This document shows, one piece after another, positions 22,795 to 35,035 of a DNA stretch of 64,000 bases. Within the stretch, counting starts at the first letter, position 1, and each line of letters begins with the position of its first letter. Location: NCBI GenBank assembly GCA_046290465.1, contig JBKAGP010000001.1:3008001-3072000 (forward strand). The letters run 5' to 3'. Made by a program: the position numbers and the translations under genes. Origin of the DNA: Planctomycetota bacterium. Lineage in GTDB: Bacteria; Planctomycetota; UBA1135; UBA2386. The notes beneath the pieces were generated by a model. That model had not been told where the DNA came from. It searched no databases and worked only from the letters and a program-made list of their open reading frames with translations.

Positions 22795-23428
22795 CTAGCT
22801 ACGGACACCGGCTCTCCGCTCGCCCGAGCGCCTCTTGGGCCTGAGTTGGCCACGAGGAGTCCACTTCGTCGATCGCCCACCGAGCCCCGATCGGTCTGGC
22901 CCCTGACGTGCTCCAAGGTTGGGCGATGTCGAGACGCAAGAGACCGCCAGCTCCCGCGGATGCCGCTCCGGGCCGCAAAGAGCAGACGAAGCGACGGCCT
23001 CTCACCTCCTGTCAGCTCCGCGACCCGTGCAGGAGCGAACACCTCCATTCCAGAAGCATGCCTACCATGCCCAGATCCTGGCCCCAGATCGTCATCGCAC
23101 TCGAACAGGTGGCCGCTTCAGCCGCCGTCGTGCGACCCGGCTTGTACCGACGCGTCCTGCAACGCCTGTTCACCGAGGGCCTGCTGCCAGCAGGTCACGT
23201 CATGGTGATGCCTAATGACGACGTCGAACGCGGCCATGCGGCGCCCCCCGCCGCAGCACCCGAAGATGCGCTACCGTAGTCGCCCGTTCGCCCGACCGGG
23301 ACCGGCTCCGTTCAAGGCGTGTCGTCCATGGCCGCCCCGTCCTTCGGCGCGACGACCTGTCTCGGGGGCCGTGGCCGTTCGGCCCCGCGACTCTGATCTG
23401 CGATGGGAAGCGAGCCGCCTGGCTGCCC

Positions 23429-23723
23429 GAGACCGGTCGACTCGTCGGGCTCCTGAGCGAACGCGACCTCGTTCGGCGAGTGCTCATCGAGGACTTCGAC
23501 ATCGACGCCACACGCGTGTCCGAGGTCATGACCAGACAACTCGTCATCGGACGCCCGAATGACCGAAGCAGCGACGCCGCGCGGCTGATGCACCTCCATC
23601 ACATCAGGCACCTGCCCCGTCGTCGACGAGCACAACGGCTTCATCGGCATGGTTTCTATACGCGATCTTCTTCGCAGCAAGATCCAAGATCTTCACGACT
23701 ACATGAGGCAGTCCGGCGAATGA
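23429..23723 (+). pseudogene. CBS-domain gene remnant (5'-truncated, frameshifted)
   Basis: ETGRLVGLLSERDLVRRVL...MHLHHIRHLP, then an extra C in the run at 23615-23618, then VVDEHNGFIGMVSIRDLL...DYMRQSGE*. Clearly paralogous to 24741-25157. Confidence 0.8.
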
Positions 23724-23873
23724 CGATGACCGCCGCGATCGCGGCAGGTCAGGTCCGAGCCTGACTCCGACCCAGAAGACCGGGTGCTTCGCGGCGACCG
23801 CCACGGACACGCCGTCAACAGGGACTCGTCCGCCGATCGCCGGATCGGGGCGTCGCCCGCGACCTCATCCGGC

Positions 23874-24152
23874 TCAGGACTGGCCCACCGAACTCGCATC
23901 GTCGTCGGCCCGGAGGTGCCGCAGTGCGAGCGCCATCTGTGACTCATGCAACTTCTCGGTTGGCACGACAGCGTTCACGATGTTGACCTGCTGTGATCGT
24001 GCGTAGCCCGCCTCGAGCGACGCCGGGTACGATTCGATGAGCCTGTCGCTTGCGTGGAGCGCGCCGAGCAGGTCACGCGTCTTGTAGTGAATCGAGTGGG
24101 CCTTCGAGTAATGCTCACGGGCATCGTCGACGCGGTCGTGGTTGTCGTTCAT
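23874..24152 (-). CDS. Hypothetical small helical (TPR-like) protein, 92 aa
   Basis: ATG with GAGGTG RBS; 'HYSKAHSIHYKTRDLLGAL...YPASLEAGYARSQ' resembles a single helical hairpin repeat. Confidence 0.55.
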   Translation of the reverse strand: MNDNHDRVDDAREHYSKAHSIHYKTRDLLGALHASDRLIESYPASLEAGYARSQQVNIVNAVVPTEKLHESQMALALRHLRADDDASSVGQS

Positions 24153-24740
24153 GTTGTCACCTCGTATGGAGAAGCGGGCTGGGGGCGAGGAGCGGCCAGC
24201 ACCGTCAGCACGCGCACATCGCTCGCGCCGATCGGGTCCCGGCAACGCCCGACCGCTGAGATCACCACGTCGCTGAAGTAGACCAGCTCGCGCGCAGTTG
24301 TCTCGCCGTCGGCCAACCGGCACGTTTGCAGTAGAGAGTTCTCGACCAGATCCGACAGGTGTCGGACCTCGATGCGAGGTAGTGCTAACCACCCCGTACC
24401 GTGCGCGCGAGCGCCTGCTCACCTCATTCCCGACCGCCCTCGCCGTCGACCTCGCGCCAACTCGAAGCCGCGCTGCCCAACTCCCAAGCCATCGCTTCGT
24501 CGAGAATTTACTTTGTGCAGCGGCTGGATCCCTCCGTCGCCGCGACCCATGTGAGTAGATCCGAGCCTGGATGCATGCGGCCCGAAGAGGCCGCCCCTGC
24601 GAGCATCCGGCGCTGCGGGGATCCGGCAGCGTGCCTTCCATGGACACGGCGGCCGAGGAGTCGCGACGCTCATCTCGCGCGCACCGCGATACACGGTTGC
24701 TCCGATGTGACCCTCGGCGTCCACATGGAATCCGGAGCAA

Positions 24741-25157
24741 GTGACCCTACTCAAAGAACTGATCACGAGGCTGCCAAAGTTCGTATCGGTGGCGCCGACG
24801 GACTCGGTGCGTACTGCCGCGAAAGTCATGACCGACACCAACAGGAACGCGGTGGTCATCATCGATGGCCAGGACATGGTCGGGATCGTCACTGAGCGAG
24901 ACCTAGTAAGGCGGGTGCTCCTCGGGGGCCGGGACGTGGACCAGGTGACGGCCGCAGAGATCATGACCGAGGATCTCGTGGTCGCCCGACAAGACTCGAG
25001 TGTCGGGGCGGCGATCGTGCTGATGCGACGACACCACATCCAGCATGTTCCGGTGGTCGGCCACCACGGCACGCTGCTGGCCGTGCTCGCGCTCCGGGAC
25101 CTGATCAGTGAGGAAGTGCACGAGATGCGGGACTACCTGGCCCTCGGAGACGGCTGA
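24741..25157 (+). CDS. CBS domain-containing protein
   Basis: 'SVAPTDSVRTAAKVM', 'VGIVTERDLVRRV', 'IMT', 'HIQHVPVV'; GGAG RBS. Confidence 0.85.
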   Translation: MTLLKELITRLPKFVSVAPTDSVRTAAKVMTDTNRNAVVIIDGQDMVGIVTERDLVRRVLLGGRDVDQVTAAEIMTEDLVVARQDSSVGAAIVLMRRHHIQHVPVVGHHGTLLAVLALRDLISEEVHEMRDYLALGDG

Positions 25158-25312
25158 TTCCCCTCGGTCGCGTGCGTACGTCGCTTGCGCGGAGCGACAT
25201 CCGCGCACCCGTGACTCCGGCGGCGCTAACGGCTTCATGCGGGCATCACGTGCCTTTGGCATCCTCCCCCTCGGCTGCAGGCTTGCTGTCACGACAACCA
25301 AGCGAACCCCCG

Positions 25313-25474
25313 ATGCTCCACACGACGCTACACATCCTCTCCCTCACGCTGGTCACCGGACTCGTTGCGTTCTACGGGGCGAGCCCCAACATCGCACTGC
25401 CGGGGCAACTGTTCCTCAGTGGCCTGCTGCTGCTCGGCCTCGATCTGCTGGACAGACGACGGAGGCGGGCATGA
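25313..25474 (+). CDS. Small two-helix membrane protein (53 aa, loosely DUF1328-like)
   Basis: MLHTTLHILSLTLVTGLVAFYG...LFLSGLLLLGLDLLDRRRRRA: two hydrophobic stretches and a basic tail; ATGA overlap with the next ORF. Confidence 0.5.
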   Translation: MLHTTLHILSLTLVTGLVAFYGASPNIALPGQLFLSGLLLLGLDLLDRRRRRA

Positions 25475-25758
25475 GCATCGATCCCACCGGTGGCGGCCAG
25501 CCGTGCAGCGGCGAGAACACCGCGCCGGCATGGCCGGACGCCTGCATTCGCCGGCAGGCCATCGCCATACGCGATGCGCTGCGCCACCGCCGACAGGCCC
25601 GCGACCTCTGCCTCCAGCAGCGTCTCTACGACGAGCACTGTCTGTTCGGTCCGGCGCGGGAAGCTCGTGATGGCGTGATGCAGTCGCTGCGCGCTACGAG
25701 CCTCTGCTGGCGGCTCGCACTCGGGCTCGATGCCAGCGGCGGTGATCGTGGCTCGTAG
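25471..25758 (+). CDS. Hypothetical protein
   Basis: GGAGG RBS and ATGA coupling to the upstream small ORF; no recognisable motif. Confidence 0.35.
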   Translation: MSIDPTGGGQPCSGENTAPAWPDACIRRQAIAIRDALRHRRQARDLCLQQRLYDEHCLFGPAREARDGVMQSLRATSLCWRLALGLDASGGDRGS

Positions 25759-25942
25759 CCCATCGGCGCCCGTACCACCGGCTGCCGCTCGAGGCCGGAC
25801 TTCCGGTCACGAACGGCGGCCCTCGTCGCGGCCAGGATCTGCGTCGGCGTCGTCGAGCGTCGAGGCGGTTCCGTCGCGGATCACGCGGTCGCCGGGCAGC
25901 CCACGGTCACCAAACGCGAGAGTCGTAGGTCGGGAGGAGACG

Positions 25943-26644
25943 ATGCGCATTCTGATCATCGAAGACAACGAGAAGCTGTCCAGCAGCATCAAGGTCTGCC
26001 TCGAACAGCACGGCTACTGCATCAACGTCGCGAAGGACGTGGCGGAAGGTGAGGAGATCGCCTGCATCGAACACCACGACGCGATCATCGTCGACGTCAA
26101 GCTCCCCGACGGCGACGGAGTCGATCTCTGCCGGCGGCTGCGTGAGCAGAAGGTCAGCTCCCCGATCCTGATCCTGTCGGTGCTCGCAACGACCGCCGAC
26201 AAAGTGCGCGGTCTCGACGCAGGCGCCGATGACTACCTCACCAAGCCGTTCCAGACCGAAGAGCTGCTCGCGCGCCTACGCAGTCTGCTGCGGCGTTCGC
26301 AGGCGATCCCGGGCGGCATCCTGCAGTCCGGCGATCTGCAGCTCAACCTGATCGAGCGCAAGGTCTACATCGCCGACGTGGAAGTGCGCATGTCCAACAA
26401 GGAGATCGCGCTGCTGGAATACCTCATGCGCAACCCGCGAAAGCTGCTGTCGAGGACGATGATCAGCGAAAGCGTCTGGGACATGAACTACGAGCCGAGC
26501 AGCAACGTGATCGACGTCTACGTCTCGAGCCTACGCCGGAAGATCGACACCGGCGCCGTGCAGCGCATCGAGACGGTCATCGGCAGCGGCTACCGGTTCC
26601 TGGATTGTCCCGAACCCCGTGGCTCGGTGGCGCCCGTGTCGTGA
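25943..26644 (+). CDS. OmpR/PhoB-family response regulator
   Basis: 'MRILIIEDN', 'IIVDVKLPDGDG', 'GADDYLTKPF', winged helix 'NVIDVYVSSLRRKID...IETVIGSGY'; GGAGGAG RBS. Confidence 0.95.
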   Translation: MRILIIEDNEKLSSSIKVCLEQHGYCINVAKDVAEGEEIACIEHHDAIIVDVKLPDGDGVDLCRRLREQKVSSPILILSVLATTADKVRGLDAGADDYLTKPFQTEELLARLRSLLRRSQAIPGGILQSGDLQLNLIERKVYIADVEVRMSNKEIALLEYLMRNPRKLLSRTMISESVWDMNYEPSSNVIDVYVSSLRRKIDTGAVQRIETVIGSGYRFLDCPEPRGSVAPVS

Positions 26645-27615
26645 TCGCCCGCCGGGGGCCGTTCTTCGTGGCAGTCGGGCTGATAATGGCCGTGGCGATC
26701 GGCGTGCTCGCGCACGCGTCGTGGCTGCCAGCCGGACTGCTGCTGCTCGCGGTGATGCTGCTCGTGTTCGGCCGACGACGTGCCGAGGCGCTACGCGAGC
26801 TGGCGCTGACGGAGAACCGTCGGTTGTCGGCGCGCATCGACGAGTTCGCGATCATGCAGGGCCGATTCGTCGGCAACATCGCGCACGAGATCAAGACGCC
26901 GCTGGCGGTCGTACTGGGCGAAGCCGAGGTGCTGCAGCTACGCGGGGGCGATGCGATCGCAGTGCAGGCCATCGCGGAGAGCATCGTCGCCGATGTCCGC
27001 CACCTGGCCGATCTCGTCGACAGCTTCCTGCAGCTGGCGCACCCCCTCGCCCAGGACGAGACGGTCGAGCACGGCCCCGTCTACCTCAGCGACGTGGTGC
27101 TCGCGGCGGTCGGACGCTGTAGTGGCATGAGCACCAAGCACAAGGTGCGCCTGGTGACGCTGCTGGCGCCGCCGGACAGCGGCGATCCCTCCGCCGAAGT
27201 GCTGGGTGACGCGGTGTTGCTGGAGGTGATGGTGGAGAACCTGCTGCGCAACGCGGTGCGCTTCTCCTCGGCGGGCGCGCAGGTGACGGTGCGCACGACC
27301 GCCGATCGACGCTCTGTCGGCCTGATGGTCCAGGACCACGGCGTCGGCATTCCCATCGAACGACAGCAGGCAGTGTTCGACTGGTTCTTCGACGGCCCAC
27401 TACGCCCATCCGGCGCGTCGGGCATTGGCTTCGGCCTCTCCATCACCAAGCGCATCGTCGACCATCACGGTGGCACGATCGTCCTGCGCGACACGCCGGG
27501 CGGTGGCTGCGAATTCGAGATCACGCTGGCGCGGTGGTGGCCCGAGGCTGATGAGCCAGCGGGCGAAGGGTGCGCGCCGCCGGTGGAACCGACCGCTACG
27601 CCGGCGTCGTGGTGA
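26641..27615 (+). CDS. Membrane sensor histidine kinase
   Basis: Two TM helices, H-box 'NIAHEIKTPL', N-box 'ENLLRNAVRF', 'DHGVGI', 'GIGFGLSI'; GTGA overlap with the regulator. Confidence 0.92.
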   Translation: MIARRGPFFVAVGLIMAVAIGVLAHASWLPAGLLLLAVMLLVFGRRRAEALRELALTENRRLSARIDEFAIMQGRFVGNIAHEIKTPLAVVLGEAEVLQLRGGDAIAVQAIAESIVADVRHLADLVDSFLQLAHPLAQDETVEHGPVYLSDVVLAAVGRCSGMSTKHKVRLVTLLAPPDSGDPSAEVLGDAVLLEVMVENLLRNAVRFSSAGAQVTVRTTADRRSVGLMVQDHGVGIPIERQQAVFDWFFDGPLRPSGASGIGFGLSITKRIVDHHGGTIVLRDTPGGGCEFEITLARWWPEADEPAGEGCAPPVEPTATPASW

Positions 27616-28346
27616 CGAGGCGACCGTCGCCCCCGTCCGACTTGCCTGCAATGCTCCGCGTTCGTCGGTGCCGTCAGGCGTCGTGCGAGACGGTGACTGC
27701 CGAGCGCCCTCCTCGGCGAAGAGGCGGTTCGGGCCCAGCATCAACGACCGCGAACGTCTCGATGGCCTGAGAGCGCAAGCTCCGCCCCACGACTTTGTGG
27801 CCCGCCAGCGCGAGCGCATCCGCGTCAGGTCCTGTTCAGCGCCCGCGTCGCGAAGGTGGCATCTGCTTCGTAGAGGCTCTGCGCGCGCAACTGCGAGCAG
27901 TAGAACAACGAGCACGACATCAGGCATGCGAGCGGAAGGAGGAGATCGAGGGATGACGGCAGGAAAGATGCTCGAAGTTGCATGGCGGTGGCTCCTGCCA
28001 GACGAGGCAGGGGGTGCGCCCAGGACGGCATCCATGCCGCGCCGCTTCGGTAGCACGATATCCGGCGGGAAGGAACGACAAGCTGCGGTCCAGCTCATCC
28101 GAAACCCACCGCCTGGCGCCCGCCGGCCGGTCGCGGCCCGAATCAGCAACCGCAGTGAACGCCCAGGCCCCACCACAATGCCCTGTTCGCAGCCTGACCC
28201 GTTCGCAACGGTCGCGTAGTTCGCGATTGGCACCGAATGGGTTCACCCTGGCGGCACGCGCGCTCGCATCGCCTGCGCCAGCGCCTCGCCACTCGGTGGC
28301 GCTCCGTCCGCACCCCTCGACAACCGCGGCGCTATGCTGGCTCGAA

Positions 28347-28636
28347 TGCTTGGTGGCGAACCGCGCGACTCGGAAGTGACACATCCTGGTTGGAACCGGA
28401 GCAACTGGCTGGCCGAGAAGATCCTCAGCGGCGAGCTGCCGGCGGCGAAGAACGAGGTCCTGCGGAGATGTGATCGGGTCTTCGCCGAAGACGGCGACCT
28501 CGACGAGCACGTGCACGAGCTCGCGGCCGTCCTGGGTGGCGCCGATGCCTGCTCGACCAGCCGCCTCGCTGAGGTGCGGGCCTACCTGGAGCGCCTGCTG
28601 CACGTCCGCGAGATGTGGGCGTCGGAGCGCACCTGA
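28347..28636 (+). CDS. Hypothetical protein (start 28334 or the next in-frame ATG)
   Basis: GC3-rich helical ORF of ~96-100 aa; TATGCT sits just before the second ATG. Start coordinate approximate. Confidence 0.45.
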
Positions 28637-28637
28637 A

Positions 28638-28687
28638 GATCCGGAGCGCGGGTAGCAGGGGCGCCTCGGCGCCTACCGCTCCGGATC
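28638..28687. terminator. Stem-loop between convergent genes
   Basis: GATCCGGAGCG ... CGCTCCGGATC inverted repeat with an inner GGCGCC-TC-GGCGCC pair; no U-tract. Confidence 0.4.
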
Positions 28688-28812
28688 GTCGACCTCGATG
28701 ATGATGGCGACGATCGTGCCGCACGCGCCGTCATCTTCGACAGCGAGATCATCGCCGCCGCCGACGTGCAGCAAGCGAACGAAGCCGGCAGCGATACCGG
28801 CAGGACCAACCG

Positions 28813-30066
<1,254 letters not shown>

Positions 30067-30156
30067 GGAGTTGGTGCGGCGGGAGCGCCTGGGGCGGTCC
30101 GCGCCTGATCGGATGTCAAGAGCTGCCAGGCCGAGCCCGGACGGCCCGCGGACGCG

Positions 30157-31158
30157 TCATGCGTAATCGCGCTGCCGTGCGACCCTGAGCTGGCGAAAGC
30201 CAACGAGCTTGCCGCTCGCTTCGTCCCAGAGCTTCAGGCTGAAGGTCCGGAGGGAGCGCAGGAGCGTCATCGGCGTCACCTGCTCGAAGTGAGCGTCGGA
30301 CTCGTGACAGGCCTGCAGGTTGTAGTTGGGGATGCGGGCGCTGAGGTGGTGGATGTGGTGGTAGCCGATGTTGCCGGTGAACCACTGCAGCACCCTCGGC
30401 AGCGCGAGGAACGCGCTGCCCTTCAGCGCGGCGTCGGAGTAGCTCCAGTCCTCACGCCGTGCCCAGTAGGCGCCGTCGAACTGGTGCTGCGAATAGAACA
30501 GCCAGACGCCGATGCCGCCCGCGACGGCGAGGATCGTCAGCTGCAGGATCAGGTACGGCAGGAAGCCGAAGATCGCGCTCATGCCGATCGCCATCGCCAG
30601 CAGGCACAGGTTCGTCCACCAGACCGACCGTCGCTCGCGAGCGCCGGCCCGCGAGCTCGGCAGGCGCTGCTCCAGCAGGAACATCACCAGCGGCGCGATG
30701 CCGAGCAGCACGATCGGGTTGCGAGCCACCCGATACGCGGCGCGCTTCCACCACGAGGACTGCTGGTACTCGCGGACCGTCATCGTCCACATGTCCCCGA
30801 CACCTCGGCGGTCGAGGTTGCCGGTGGTCCCGTGGTGGATGGCGTGCTCCCAGCGCCAGTGCGCGTACGGGGTGAAGGTCAGCACGCCGGTGACGAACCC
30901 CCACCGGTCGTTCGCGGTCCGCGACGCGAAGAACGACGCGTGCCCGCAGTCGTGGAAGATGATGAACACGCGCACGAGCACGGCGCCGGCCAGGATGGCG
31001 AGCGGGATGGTCAGCCACCACGACACGGTCAGCGCGAAGGCCATGGCGCACCACAGCGCGACGTAGGGGCCGACGGAGTTGACCAGCTGCCAGCTGGCTC
31101 GCGCGACGCTCGGTCGCTGGTACTCCGCGATCAGCGGCTTCCAGACTTCGGTCTTCAT
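30157..31158 (-). CDS. des: Membrane acyl-lipid fatty acid desaturase (Bacillus Des-like)
   Basis: Three His boxes, 'HDCGH', 'HAIHH' and 'HHIHH'; 'QHQF', 'IPNYNL', 'LKLWDE'. Confidence 0.93.
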   Translation of the reverse strand: MKTEVWKPLIAEYQRPSVARASWQLVNSVGPYVALWCAMAFALTVSWWLTIPLAILAGAVLVRVFIIFHDCGHASFFASRTANDRWGFVTGVLTFTPYAHWRWEHAIHHGTTGNLDRRGVGDMWTMTVREYQQSSWWKRAAYRVARNPIVLLGIAPLVMFLLEQRLPSSRAGARERRSVWWTNLCLLAMAIGMSAIFGFLPYLILQLTILAVAGGIGVWLFYSQHQFDGAYWARREDWSYSDAALKGSAFLALPRVLQWFTGNIGYHHIHHLSARIPNYNLQACHESDAHFEQVTPMTLLRSLRTFSLKLWDEASGKLVGFRQLRVARQRDYA

Positions 31159-31346
31159 ATGGCTCTGCCTTCTCGCACCTGGACGGCCGGCGCGGAGCGC
31201 GCGGCAGGGCCAGTCGCTCCCGCGCGGCCGCGGGCCACGACGGACCTCGGCCTGGTGCCTGCGGGAGCACCGACTGTGCCCATGGCCGCGGCGCGGCCCT
31301 GGGCTCGATCCACCGGCGAAGTCAGCGCGTCGCCCGGCGGCCTGGG

Positions 31347-31646
31347 TTACCAGCGACGATCGCGGTCGGGGCGGCCGCCGCCGCCGGAGCGGGGCTGGCG
31401 CGCCTGCGCCTCGTTGACGCGCAGGGTGCGGCCATCGAGTTCGGAACCGTCGAGCGCTTCGATGGCGGCGCGTGCGTCATCGGCCGACGCCATCTCGACG
31501 AAGGCGAAGCCGCGCGGCTGTCCGGTTTCCCGGTCGGTGATCACGGAGACACTCTGGACGCGGCGCGAATCGCGCTCGAACGCCTGGGTGATCGCGTCTT
31601 CGGTGGATTGGAAAGAGAGGTTGCCTACGTAGAGCTTGGTGCTCAT
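31347..31646 (-). CDS. RRM RNA-binding protein (Rbp-type, Gly/Arg tail)
   Basis: RNP2 'LYVGNL', RNP1 'RGFAFVEM', 'GRTLRVNEA'; AAGGA RBS. Confidence 0.95.
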   Translation of the reverse strand: MSTKLYVGNLSFQSTEDAITQAFERDSRRVQSVSVITDRETGQPRGFAFVEMASADDARAAIEALDGSELDGRTLRVNEAQARQPRSGGGGRPDRDRRW

Positions 31647-32240
31647 GGATTCGATCCTTGGGGTCGAGAGGTTGCGGAAGTCGAACTCGAGCGCCGTTGC
31701 CAACGTGTCAACGGGTACTCCGCACTGTGGCCGGGTGGGACCCGGCGTCTCGACAGCCCTTCTTCAGGACCGAACCGAGCGCGTCTGCCTGCCGAGGTGG
31801 CTGCAGACGCCGCATACGCACGCGAAATCGATGAGACTGCAAAGCGCGCGACGGGGATTGAGACTCCGCTCACACGCCGGACGCAACATAGGGCAGACTG
31901 CGGCCGTACGCTCTGGAATCTGAGAAAGATCCGCACTGGGCACCTGCCGATCGGGCAGAGACGGACCGCACGGCCATCACCTGGCCCGAGGACACGGAGG
32001 GTTGGCGCCGTGCGCAGCATCGCCTCTTCGGGCGAGCCCTTCGGTTGGCACCGAGTGCGGGATGGCCCACCACCTGCCTGTGCCAACTTGATGCCAGGAA
32101 TGCCCCCCGAACATGTCCTCAGGTGTCCGCATCGCGTTCACAAGTCGAGTCACGCGGTTCTTCCGAAGCCTCGTCAACATCCTCACTTGGCCGCGAATGA
32201 CCTGCGACGTCCGCATCTGCCCGCGTAGCACCCGCCCGAG

Positions 32241-32288
32241 TTCCCAAGCTGAGTGTCGTCGGTTCGATCCCGATCATCCGCTCCATTC
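32241..32288 (+). repeat. Displaced 3' fragment of tRNA-Gly(CCC); att-site direct repeat, copy 2
   Basis: TTCCCAAGCTGAGTGTCGTCGGTTCGATCCCGATCATCCGCTCCATTC; two mismatches versus copy 1; no tRNA 5' half upstream. Confidence 0.9.
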
Positions 32289-32380
32289 TCGCATGGCGAA
32301 TACAGTCCAGCATCTTGCGCCCCCGGTCGCCCCAACCTGCGCAACGCCGCAAGATTCGAGGAGAGCCCGACACAGCCTCA

Positions 32381-35035
32381 TCACCGACCCGAATCCGCAG
32401 CCGCCCCCTCAAGCACTCCCGCAAGCCCACGCAACACCTCGGCCAGCACCGCAGCCGATTCGCGATCGGCCTCGATCACCAACCCTCCATCCGATCGCGG
32501 CTGCACGCTGAGACCCGCGAGCAGACTGCGGACCCCGGCGAGTTCGAGGCCCGCGCGCTGGCTAGCGACCTCGGGCGCATCCACCCCCTCGTCCACGCCA
32601 GCACCACCGGGCGGGGGCTCGCCGACGGAGCGGTCGGCCGCCTCGCGTCCGCGCCCGGTCGCAAGCCGCGCGTCCTTGTCCGCGTCGTCTTCCTCGGTGT
32701 CCGCGGCAGCCCCCACACCCACGTCATCGACGAGCTTGCGCGCCGCACGGAGGAACCCGCCCCGCTCCTCGAACCGAACCTCATCGCTGTCGCCGTCGAA
32801 CACCGCCGAGAACGCCGCCTGCTTGGTCCGCAGCGCACCTGCCATCCTGGTCTCGATGCTGCATTCACCGACGAGTGAGTAGACGTCGACCTTCTCGGTC
32901 TGGCCAAGCCGCCAGACCCGGCCGACACGCTGCTCGAACACCGCCGGGTTCCACGGCAGGTCGAAGTGCACACAGCACGACGCGGCGCGCTGCAGGTTGA
33001 GCCCGACGCCGCCGGCGTCGGTGGCGAACAGGATCCGCGTTGCGGGGTCATCGTGGAACGCGACGATGTTCTCGTCGCGACGGCGCTGCGATTCCGCGCC
33101 CGTGAAGAACTTGCTCTGCACTCCGTGCTGCTGCAATGGCGCGGCGACGGCCCAGTCGGCCAGGCGCAGCGCGCGACGCCAGGCGCTGAACACCACCACC
33201 TTGCGCTCCTGCTCGACGACCAGTTCGTGCAGCAGCGCGCGCAGTTCGGCGAGCTTCGGCATCGCCAGGCTGTCGAGCAGCGCGCGGGTCGGCTGCGCCT
33301 TCTCGATGGCGGGCCACACCTCTTCAAACTCGAACTGGGCCATACCGTTGGCCAGGATCCGCTGCTCGGTGAACAGCATCATCAGCCTGAGGAACTCGGC
33401 GCGCGTCAGCGGCCGACGTTCGGCGCGAGAGAGAATCTGGACGATCGGCTGCGTGCGCTCGTCGTGTTCTTCCTGCTGGACCGCGGTCAGCGGCACATCG
33501 ATGCACGTATCGGTCCGCTCCGGCAGCTGCGATAGCACCTCCTGACGGCGGCGGCGCACCAGCACTGGCGCCAGGCGCTCGCGAAGCACGTCGAGGTTCT
33601 GCATGCCCTGACCGTCCGCCATCTGGTGATGCGGCAGCAACCGCCACATCGGCTGCAGCGGCCGACGGTCGAGCCACTCGAGGATCGAGTCGAGCTCCGA
33701 CAGACGGTTCTCGAACGGCGTCCCCGTCAGCACCAGACGAAACGGCACCTCGAGCTGCTTGATCGTGGCGGCGGTCTTCGTCTGCCAGTTCTTGATGCGT
33801 TGCGCCTCGTCGAGCAGCACGAGGTCGGCGTTCCACTCCTGCGCGATTTCGACGTCGCGCAGGACCTGCTCGTAGTTGACGACGAGGAAGCCCCGCTTCG
33901 TGCGGCGGTAGCAGGCCGCGCGCTCGTCGGGGCCTCCATCGACGACTTCGATCGGCAGGTCGCTGCACGCCTGCCACTCCCGCAGCCACTGCTGCTTGAG
34001 GGGCGCAGGCACGACGAGCAGGCCACGACGCACCGAGCCGTGATGGTGCAGGATGTGGCACGCCGCGATCGCCTGGGTCGTCTTGCCGAGCCCCATGTCG
34101 TCGGCGAGCAGCAGGCGCCCTGTCGCGAGGAAGCGCGCGACCCCGTCGCGCTGGAACGGATAGAGCTCGCGACGAAATCCGCGGGGGCGGGCCGGAGGCC
34201 GGGAGAGCGAGGCCAGGGCAGCTGCGGTCGTCAGGCGTTCCTGCTCGTCGGCGATCCAGCCGCAGAGTGCCGGGTCGTCGGTGCACGACCGAAGCCGGCA
34301 CACCAACTCCGAGCGCCGTCGCACATCGCCCGCATGTGCGGTGCGCAACCGCATGGGGTGCCCACCGGCGCCTGGTGCAAACGCTCGCCGCAGCTCGCGC
34401 CAAGGCGCAGCCGGCTTGCTCCCGCCCTGTGGCCAGTGCAGCTCGATCTGCATCATCCAGTCCCCGCAGCCGGTCAGCGGCTTGCACACCGACCAGCGCA
34501 GCTCCGGCTCGGTCCTCGACGGCAAGGGGTGCGCGCGGGCGCGGGCCAGCACCCGCTTGCGCTTGCTCAGGTCGGCGAGGACCGCGAGCACGTGCTTGCA
34601 CAACCCGAGCGAGTTGCCGCGAAAGTCCGGACAGTCACAGCTCGCCTCCAGCGGAACGAGCCGATAGAGCCGCGTCGTGTAGGGCCGCGGCGCCTGACGT
34701 GGACGCGCCGTGCGGTAGTCGCCAAACGCTCCGTTCGCCGGCCGCTCCCGAACGCGCAGCTTCTCACTGGCGGTGATCTGCATCCGCCGCTCCGTGGCCT
34801 GGGCCGCCGCCCGCAGGATCACGAATCCGGCTTCGCCGTGCAGCGCCATCATCAGGTCGGTGAGCAGGTCGCTCGGGATGCCGGACTTGCGGGACTTCAG
34901 CAGCGCAGCGACCCGGGCCCTTGCTTCCTCGCCAGCCGGGACCAGCTCGCGGCGCAAGGCAGCGGCATCCGAGGACGTGACAGTACGAGGCGGTTCGACC
35001 TCGCGGGCCACGGTTACATCTGAGTTCGGAAGCAT
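32381..35035 (-). CDS. SWIM zinc finger + SNF2-family helicase/ATPase
   Basis: SWIM 'CDCPDF......CKH'; 'LADDMGLGKT', 'DEAQRIKN', 'LTGTPFENRL', 'GGVGLNLQ', 'WNPAVFEQRVGRVWRLGQ'. Start uncertain. Confidence 0.92.
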   Translation of the reverse strand: MLPNSDVTVAREVEPPRTVTSSDAAALRRELVPAGEEARARVAALLKSRKSGIPSDLLTDLMMALHGEAGFVILRAAAQATERRMQITASEKLRVRERPANGAFGDYRTARPRQAPRPYTTRLYRLVPLEASCDCPDFRGNSLGLCKHVLAVLADLSKRKRVLARARAHPLPSRTEPELRWSVCKPLTGCGDWMMQIELHWPQGGSKPAAPWRELRRAFAPGAGGHPMRLRTAHAGDVRRRSELVCRLRSCTDDPALCGWIADEQERLTTAAALASLSRPPARPRGFRRELYPFQRDGVARFLATGRLLLADDMGLGKTTQAIAACHILHHHGSVRRGLLVVPAPLKQQWLREWQACSDLPIEVVDGGPDERAACYRRTKRGFLVVNYEQVLRDVEIAQEWNADLVLLDEAQRIKNWQTKTAATIKQLEVPFRLVLTGTPFENRLSELDSILEWLDRRPLQPMWRLLPHHQMADGQGMQNLDVLRERLAPVLVRRRRQEVLSQLPERTDTCIDVPLTAVQQEEHDERTQPIVQILSRAERRPLTRAEFLRLMMLFTEQRILANGMAQFEFEEVWPAIEKAQPTRALLDSLAMPKLAELRALLHELVVEQERKVVVFSAWRRALRLADWAVAAPLQQHGVQSKFFTGAESQRRRDENIVAFHDDPATRILFATDAGGVGLNLQRAASCCVHFDLPWNPAVFEQRVGRVWRLGQTEKVDVYSLVGECSIETRMAGALRTKQAAFSAVFDGDSDEVRFEERGGFLRAARKLVDDVGVGAAADTEEDDADKDARLATGRGREAADRSVGEPPPGGAGVDEGVDAPEVASQRAGLELAGVRSLLAGLSVQPRSDGGLVIEADRESAAVLAEVLRGLAGVLEGAAADSGR

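Noticed and set aside
23058..23279. Small ORF MPTMPRSWPQ...
   Set aside because: No RBS, motif or family resemblance; it cannot be supported.
27616..28330. Possible gene or ncRNA in the gap after the kinase
   Set aside because: Overlapping ORFs on both strands are Arg/Pro/Ala-rich noise, and I found no convincing structure.
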